From an uncultured Pseudomonadales bacterium (GTDB lineage Bacteria; Patescibacteriota; Microgenomatia; UBA1400; RBG-16-45-19): 64,000 bases of DNA. The stretch is taken from NCBI GenBank assembly GCA_964441155.1, contig CAYYKL010000001.1:216393-280392 (forward strand). Direction: 5' to 3'. Shown here one piece after another: positions 58,811-64,000 of the stretch; the stretch's first letter is position 1; every line of letters starts with the position of its first letter. A model generated the notes under the pieces. That model saw only the letters and a program-made list of their open reading frames with translations, did not search any database and was not told the origin of the DNA. A program made the translations under genes and the position numbers.

Positions 58811-59569
58811 CTAGCGCAAATAGAGATAGGCTGCATAACCATCAACGTGTGCGCCACAGCCCCACTGCCAATCTTCAAGCAAATTTTTATTGTGACCCGA
58901 GCTATCGGACCAATCCTGTATGATTCTGGTGGCGTCTCCCGTCCCATGCCAAATATTTTCGGCCAAGCCTTTGTAGTTCAAGGCTTTGAGCTCTCCCGAA
59001 TCAACGCGCGACCGAAATCCACTGTGATCGAACGAGCCATTTATTTCTCGAGCTCTTGTTTCGGCCAAAGCGCACAGGTCGTCACGCAGACTCAAAGCAT
59101 TTTTCCCGGCAGAAGCTCGATACGTGTTCGTTGCATCTTGCAAGGCTTGCCGAGAAACACCAGAACTTGAAGGAATAATGCGGACACTAGTTGAGGTGGG
59201 AAGTGGCTGACTTTGCGGTGAGGGAGTTGGGGGAGTTTTGGTCGGATCGGGTTTGTTGGTGGGAGAAGGTAGCGGAGCTGGAGAATTGGTTGGCAATGGC
59301 GAAGGAATAGGAGTGGCAAATGGAGATGGAGTCACACTTGATCGTAACACACTCACTTCATTCAGTTTTAGAGGTGCCAATGTCGGCAAGGGTGACAAGA
59401 TTCTTGTTTGCCGAACGCGTGCTAATTTCTGCTTAGGTGAGGTGGCTGAAATTTTTATCTTTTGCGGCAAGGTGATTGCGGCCTGAGCCAAGGTCAAACC
59501 AATTACACTGGTAAAAAATCCCAGAGCAACCAATATCCCGACATATTTCATACGAGGTATCCTGTCCAT
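58811..59569 (-). CDS. CAP (SCP/PR-1) domain protein with Pro-rich stalk
   Basis: N.YRAS.G, DHSGF, AENI, W.DSSGH.KNLL. Confidence 0.9.
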   Translation of the reverse strand: MDRIPRMKYVGILVALGFFTSVIGLTLAQAAITLPQKIKISATSPKQKLARVRQTRILSPLPTLAPLKLNEVSVLRSSVTPSPFATPIPSPLPTNSPAPLPSPTNKPDPTKTPPTPSPQSQPLPTSTSVRIIPSSSGVSRQALQDATNTYRASAGKNALSLRDDLCALAETRAREINGSFDHSGFRSRVDSGELKALNYKGLAENIWHGTGDATRIIQDWSDSSGHNKNLLEDWQWGCGAHVDGYAAYLYLR

Positions 59570-59748
59570 ACCTAATTGTTATGCTTACCGTTATCACCAT
59601 AAACCAATGACCCAATCAATGCAAGTAATGGACGCATATATCTGTCATATTCATCTAGCAAACACATGCTTATTCAGCCATTTGTGCCTTCCAATCATGA
59701 GCATGTGACTATACAATGATCCAAATTAGTTGGAAGGCATGTACCTCT

Positions 59749-60270
59749 ATGCAAATTTCTGAGATGAATGCGCAGTGGCTTCAAAAGCAATCGTTTGCAC
59801 TGCAAAAGGAAGTGACGATTGAAGGCATATATGTCAAAGACTTAACCACCCATATGGACGGTCGAGGTGATGTTACCGAACTTTGGAGTCAGTCTTGGGT
59901 GGATGATGCCCAAGTGTTTACTCCCAAGCATGTCTACCAATCGGCCACCGATTATGGCGTAGTGAAATGTTGGCATTTGCATGAAAAACACACTGATCAA
60001 TTCACCGTCACCCGAGGAAAACTTCAAGTTTCTTTGGTGGATTTGCGCGAAAACTCCCCCACTTTTTTGCATGTTAACCGAGTCTTTCTGGGAACATCTC
60101 GACCAAAGTTTGTCAAAATTCCCCCGGGAATCATGCACGGCTGGAAGGCGTTAAGCTTTCCCGAAGTTATCGTAGTTAACTTCCAAACCGAAGTGTTTGA
60201 TATGAGTGACGAATTTCGCTTTGAATGGAATAGCGTGCTCGAGCATATTTGGGAACCGTTAAACGGTTAA
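59749..60270 (+). CDS. rmlC: dTDP-4-dehydrorhamnose 3,5-epimerase family cupin
   Basis: H.DGRG, GVVKCWHLH, VDLRENSPTF, IPPGIMHG; start could be 59716. Confidence 0.8.
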   Translation: MQISEMNAQWLQKQSFALQKEVTIEGIYVKDLTTHMDGRGDVTELWSQSWVDDAQVFTPKHVYQSATDYGVVKCWHLHEKHTDQFTVTRGKLQVSLVDLRENSPTFLHVNRVFLGTSRPKFVKIPPGIMHGWKALSFPEVIVVNFQTEVFDMSDEFRFEWNSVLEHIWEPLNG

Positions 60271-61154
60271 TGGTCATGCATAAACCAACAGTATTGGTTA
60301 CTGGGCTTTCCGGACTCATCGGCACACGGTTTCTTGAACTCTATGGAAACGATTTCAACCTGATCAACGTAGATTTAACTACTGGCGTTGATATTACTAA
60401 CCAAGAGCAAGTAACCACTTGTTTTGCAAGTGCGAAAGCCAGCGCGGTTATCCACTTGGCAGCCTACACCAACGTGAAAGCTGCGTTCGAACAAACAGGA
60501 GATCGTCAAGGATTGTGCTACCAAGTAAATGTTGAAGGCACACGCAATGTAGTCCAAGCAGCTCAAGAATTTGGCGCATATCTCATTCATATTTCCACTG
60601 ATTTCGTGTTTGATGGCACTAAAGAGGAAGCCTACACTGAAGAGGATCAACCTCATCCCATCGAATGGTACAGTCAGACAAAATTTGAAGCCGAAACAAT
60701 TGTCAGAGATCAAGCTCCAGCAAGTGTCATATTGCGCTTGGCCTACCCTTATCAAGCCAAGCCAAACAGGCCTGATTTTTTAAACGCCATGATTTCAGAC
60801 TTAACTCACAATCGACTTCCCCCAATGTTTGCCGATCACTACATTACCCCAACATTTGCAGACGATTTAGCAAAGGTGTTCGCCTATTGCATTAACGAGC
60901 ATCCGCAAGGCATCTACCACGCTGTTGGTTCCTCATGGCACACTGACTATGACATCGCCCAGCTAACTAAAGGAGTTTTTAATTTAACCGGTAAGGTGCA
61001 AAAGGGCTCGCTCGAAGCTTACGTGCTCAAGGCCAAACGGCCATATCAAAAACAACTAAGGATGAGCAATAAAAAGTTGTCCAATGATTTTAATTTAGAA
61101 ATGCGCACACTTCCCGAGGGCTTGGAGCAAGTGAGACTGCAACTACTTGCTTAA
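60270..61154 (+). CDS. rmlD: dTDP-4-dehydrorhamnose reductase
   Basis: GLSGLIG, HLAAYTNV, ISTDFVFDG, YSQTK, PTF.DD. Confidence 0.88.
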   Translation: MVMHKPTVLVTGLSGLIGTRFLELYGNDFNLINVDLTTGVDITNQEQVTTCFASAKASAVIHLAAYTNVKAAFEQTGDRQGLCYQVNVEGTRNVVQAAQEFGAYLIHISTDFVFDGTKEEAYTEEDQPHPIEWYSQTKFEAETIVRDQAPASVILRLAYPYQAKPNRPDFLNAMISDLTHNRLPPMFADHYITPTFADDLAKVFAYCINEHPQGIYHAVGSSWHTDYDIAQLTKGVFNLTGKVQKGSLEAYVLKAKRPYQKQLRMSNKKLSNDFNLEMRTLPEGLEQVRLQLLA

Positions 61155-61808
61155 ATCAACCTTTTTGCTATTAGCATCTCTCCAGGCTTTTATCTTGGCG
61201 TGATCACCGCTTAATAGAACTTGAGGCACACTCCAACCTTTATATGTTGCAGGGCGCGTGTAATGTGGGTATTCGATGTACCCTGGGTTTTTGTGAGACT
61301 CATCAACAATTGATTCTTGATCTCCAACGACACCAGGTATCAAGCGAACAATTGAGTCGACCACAACCATAGCTGGCAATTCACCCCCCGTTAAGACGTA
61401 GTCACCGATAGAAATAACTTCATCCACCAAGTGTTCATACACCCGCTGATCAATGCCTTCGTAATGGCCGCACACCAAGATCAAATGATCGATGTGTGTA
61501 AATGACTCGGCTTTTTGCTGAGTATAGCGCTCGCCCTTTGCCGATAACAGGATAGTTTTTAGTTTAGAGCTTTCAGCTTTAAGTTTTAGATCTTCTAACG
61601 CTTTATCGATCGGCTCTACCATCATCACCATTCCTGCCCCGCCACCAAACGGACGGTCGTCAACTTGATGATGAACGTCACTGGTCCAATCGCGCAAATT
61701 GTGAACTGCAATCTTGACTAATTCTTTATTAGCAGCCCGCTTCAAAATGCTCTCCTGAAAGGGACCAGTGAACATATTAGGAAAAATGGTCAGAATATCG
61801 ATCTGCAT
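61143..61808 (-). CDS. trmD: tRNA (guanine37-N1)-methyltransferase
   Basis: VDDRPFGGGAGMVM, CGHYEGID.R, SIGDYVLTGGELPA, YPHYTRP. Confidence 0.98.
   Translation of the reverse strand: MQIDILTIFPNMFTGPFQESILKRAANKELVKIAVHNLRDWTSDVHHQVDDRPFGGGAGMVMMVEPIDKALEDLKLKAESSKLKTILLSAKGERYTQQKAESFTHIDHLILVCGHYEGIDQRVYEHLVDEVISIGDYVLTGGELPAMVVVDSIVRLIPGVVGDQESIVDESHKNPGYIEYPHYTRPATYKGWSVPQVLLSGDHAKIKAWRDANSKKVDLSK
61553..61587. repeat. Degenerate heptamer tandem repeat inside trmD
   Basis: TAGTTTT TAGTTTA GAGCTTT CAGCTTT AAGTTTT. Confidence 0.55.
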
Positions 61809-61815
61809 AAGTTTA

Positions 61816-62403
61816 TCAACCAAAAAATGTTATGTATCCTCGGAGAAAAAAGCTCGCTATATTCAATGCAATACCCAGAATTAATACTGATAAGAGAACG
61901 AGAATTTTTTTCCAAATGCTCGGACTATAATTCTTGTCGAGATTATTCTTGAAAAATATTGAAATTGCCCGCATTTCTTCTTTAGTAAGCACTCTGATGG
62001 GAATAGAGACCCCTGTTTTTAATGTTGAAGCGGTTAAAACTCTGGAGGTGATTCTGAATTGTTTGAGAGATGAAAAAGGAATAGTAACTATAGACTTGTC
62101 AGTTTTTTTAACCTTGATATTAGAGGAAGAGAATTCAATCTCGTAATCCTTGCCCGACCGCTTTATATAGGAAAAGATAAAAATAAACTTATAAAATCTA
62201 TATAAGCAAAACACCACGAGCAGCCCGTAGCCGAATGCTCTAATATCCTGTTCTTGAGAAAAAAGTCCTGGAATACCCGCCAAAACAAGTCCGAGAGCAA
62301 CGGGGCTAATAAAATGTTCAAATTTGTTTGCAAACCCCGAAATATCCCACAGTTCTTTGATGGAATAGGTAAATTTTTTTGGGGCAATTTTTGCTAGAGT
62401 CAT
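61816..62403 (-). CDS. Hypothetical membrane protein (YcxB-like layout)
   Basis: Two TMs, small beta domain, C-terminal TM; AT-rich. Confidence 0.65.
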   Translation of the reverse strand: MTLAKIAPKKFTYSIKELWDISGFANKFEHFISPVALGLVLAGIPGLFSQEQDIRAFGYGLLVVFCLYRFYKFIFIFSYIKRSGKDYEIEFSSSNIKVKKTDKSIVTIPFSSLKQFRITSRVLTASTLKTGVSIPIRVLTKEEMRAISIFFKNNLDKNYSPSIWKKILVLLSVLILGIALNIASFFLRGYITFFG

Positions 62404-62414
62404 GGTGAGGATTA

Positions 62415-63278
62415 TTATACTCTTGGCGGCAAAAAATGAGTTTCATTAATTGAATAGCAACCGCGATTATCTACAGAAATCATTCCTTCGAGCAAAAGAT
62501 CTTGAACTACAGCTTCGAGTTTTTCTGCATCAATTAAATCTAGCGCTTTCAAAGCATCTCCTGTGGCATGTGTATGCATGGTTAAATGCTTAATTACTAA
62601 GCCTCGTAGCCTTCGTTTTGAACCTATAAACTGACTTTGTTTTGCATAGGATTTGCTCTTCTTCGATGCATTTCCCTCTGTCAGTTTCAGAAACGAGCCA
62701 TAATCCATAAGCGCGTTATACCAATCTTTTGGATTATCTCGATAAAGAGTTGCTTCAATTAGTGGCATTAATTCTTTATCAGAAACGGACTGACTTTTGG
62801 CGAAAAAATGATGAATGTAGACGGAGCGAATATTTGTCTCAATCATAACCACAGGCTCATCAAAAGCAAAAGCTCTAACTGCGGCGGCTGTATAGGGACC
62901 GATTCCTGGAAGCTTGGTTAACGGATCTTTCTTATGGTTTTCTGCGGCTTTGAATGAATCGAAACCTCCTCCGTATTCATTCTCTAACACCTGTGCAGCC
63001 TTCCATAAGTTTTGCCCACGGCGGTTATACCCAAGGCCCGACCAATAGATTAAGATTTCTCGCAAGGTGCCTCTTGCTAAAGATTGCACATCGGGAAAGC
63101 GTTCTATCCAGGCCAAATATTTGGGCATGACTCGCTCTACTTGGGTTTGCTGCAGCATAACTTCTGAAACCATAATCTTGTATGGATCAGTCGTTTGCCT
63201 CCAGGGCAAATCCCGCTTGTGCGCAGCGTAGTAATCCATCACTAAAGCCCTGAATGATTTTATTTGTTTGTTATTCAC
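62415..63278 (-). CDS. mutY: A/G-specific adenine glycosylase, Fe-S-clusterless type
   Basis: RDLPWR, VSEVMLQQTQV, WSGLGYNRR, LPGIGPYTA; no CX6CX2CX5C. Confidence 0.9.
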   Translation of the reverse strand: MNNKQIKSFRALVMDYYAAHKRDLPWRQTTDPYKIMVSEVMLQQTQVERVMPKYLAWIERFPDVQSLARGTLREILIYWSGLGYNRRGQNLWKAAQVLENEYGGGFDSFKAAENHKKDPLTKLPGIGPYTAAAVRAFAFDEPVVMIETNIRSVYIHHFFAKSQSVSDKELMPLIEATLYRDNPKDWYNALMDYGSFLKLTEGNASKKSKSYAKQSQFIGSKRRLRGLVIKHLTMHTHATGDALKALDLIDAEKLEAVVQDLLLEGMISVDNRGCYSINETHFLPPRV

Positions 63279-63316
63279 TATGATGTTGCATTCTTGAGAC
63301 CTTAATATTTATGTTC

Positions 63317-63344
63317 TAGTTTTTAGTTGTTAGCTTTTAACTTG
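63317..63344. repeat. Degenerate heptamer tandem repeat, intergenic
   Basis: TAGTTTT TAGTTGT TAGCTTT TAACTTG. Confidence 0.5.
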
Positions 63345-63401
63345 CATCACTAGTGGCTAACCACTGTTCCCTATTGCCTTCAATAACCGTATGATTATGC
63401 C

Positions 63402-64000
63402 ATGCTTGCCAAAATTATTTCAGGGGCAACGGTTGGCTTGGATGCACTTCCGGTCGAAGTCGAAGTTGATGTGGCAAGCCGCGGTTTAGTTTCCCTCACG
63501 GTTGTCGGTTTGCCCGACAAAGCGGTCCAGGAAGCAAGAGAAAGAGTCAGAGCAGCGCTGGATAATGCCGGATGCAGCTTTCCCGCTAAACGCATCACGG
63601 TGAACTTGGCTCCGGCAGATCTACCAAAACAAGGTCCATCATACGATTTGCCCATAGCCTTAGGCATCTTACTTGCCAGTGGCGAGATTGAAGCCCAGGT
63701 AGAAGATAGTGTTTTTTTGGGGGAATTATCACTCGATGGCAGTGTCAGGCGAGTTACTGGTTCTTTGCCATTGACCCTCATGGCAAAGCAAGCAGGTTAC
63801 CGGAAAATTTTTTTGCCGGCAGATAATGCCCACGAAGCCTCAGTGGTTGATGGCATTGAAATTTATGCGGTTGCCTCTCTGCAGGCATTGATTGACCATC
63901 TCACCGGAAAAGCACTCATTTCAAAAATTGAGCATCAAAACATCAATTCATTTTTGTCCCACACGCATGCAGAAGTCGATTTCAAAGATATCGCCGGCCA
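63402..64000 (+). CDS. comM: YifB/ComM Mg-chelatase-like AAA+ ATPase (partial, runs off window end)
   Basis: Manual translation MLAKIISGATVGLDALPVEVEVD...VGLPDKAVQEARERVR...RITVNLAPADLPKQGPSYDLPIA...GELSLDG. Confidence 0.95.
   Translation, partial: MLAKIISGATVGLDALPVEVEVDVASRGLVSLTVVGLPDKAVQEARERVRAALDNAGCSFPAKRITVNLAPADLPKQGPSYDLPIALGILLASGEIEAQVEDSVFLGELSLDGSVRRVTGSLPLTLMAKQAGYRKIFLPADNAHEASVVDGIEIYAVASLQALIDHLTGKALISKIEHQNINSFLSHTHAEVDFKDIAG

Noticed and set aside
1-64000. CRISPR array, prophage, IS, integron, rRNA
   Set aside because: No regularly spaced repeats, phage structural genes, transposase, integrase, convincing attC sites or rRNA sequence were seen.

Overview
This looks like an ordinary chromosomal segment of a compact bacterial genome using genetic code 11. 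It is most consistent with Patescibacteria/CPR of Microgenomates type (inference from the strongly diverged RpoB motifs, PilM-PilN fusion, GT-C glycosyltransferases, dockerin, archaeal-type CoaD-DUF359 and clusterless MutY). Contents in order: rpoC (partial) and rpoB with a ~340-nt leader; a type IV pilus locus with an adjacent GT-C; uppP; CoaD-DPCK fusion; lon with a CIRCE-like operator; a prenyl synthase/DUF62/MazG operon; xseAB and a RecD2-like helicase; many membrane and secreted accessory genes; tRNA-Gln(CTG) flanked by an AT-richer accessory region with two apparent nonsense-interrupted genes and a split RPH/PigC-like dikinase cassette; rlmN with REP-like palindromes; a surface-glycan cluster (GT-C, GT2-GtrA, gmd, rmd-like, ugd, rmlC, rmlD); trmD, mutY and comM (partial). 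No CRISPR array, prophage, integrase or transposase was seen. The best candidates for something new are: (1) the split, permuted RPH/PigC-type phosphotransferase cassette at 45.3-49.8 kb, driven from a 15-bp bidirectional gap; (2) a minor pilin with a Cys/His-rich CxxCH-containing insert; (3) a DUF62 enzyme with non-canonical active-site motifs in an operon with MazG and a prenyl synthase; (4) a rewritten RpoB rifampicin pocket plus a terminator-containing rpoBC leader. All annotations come from motif recognition by eye; no database searches were run.
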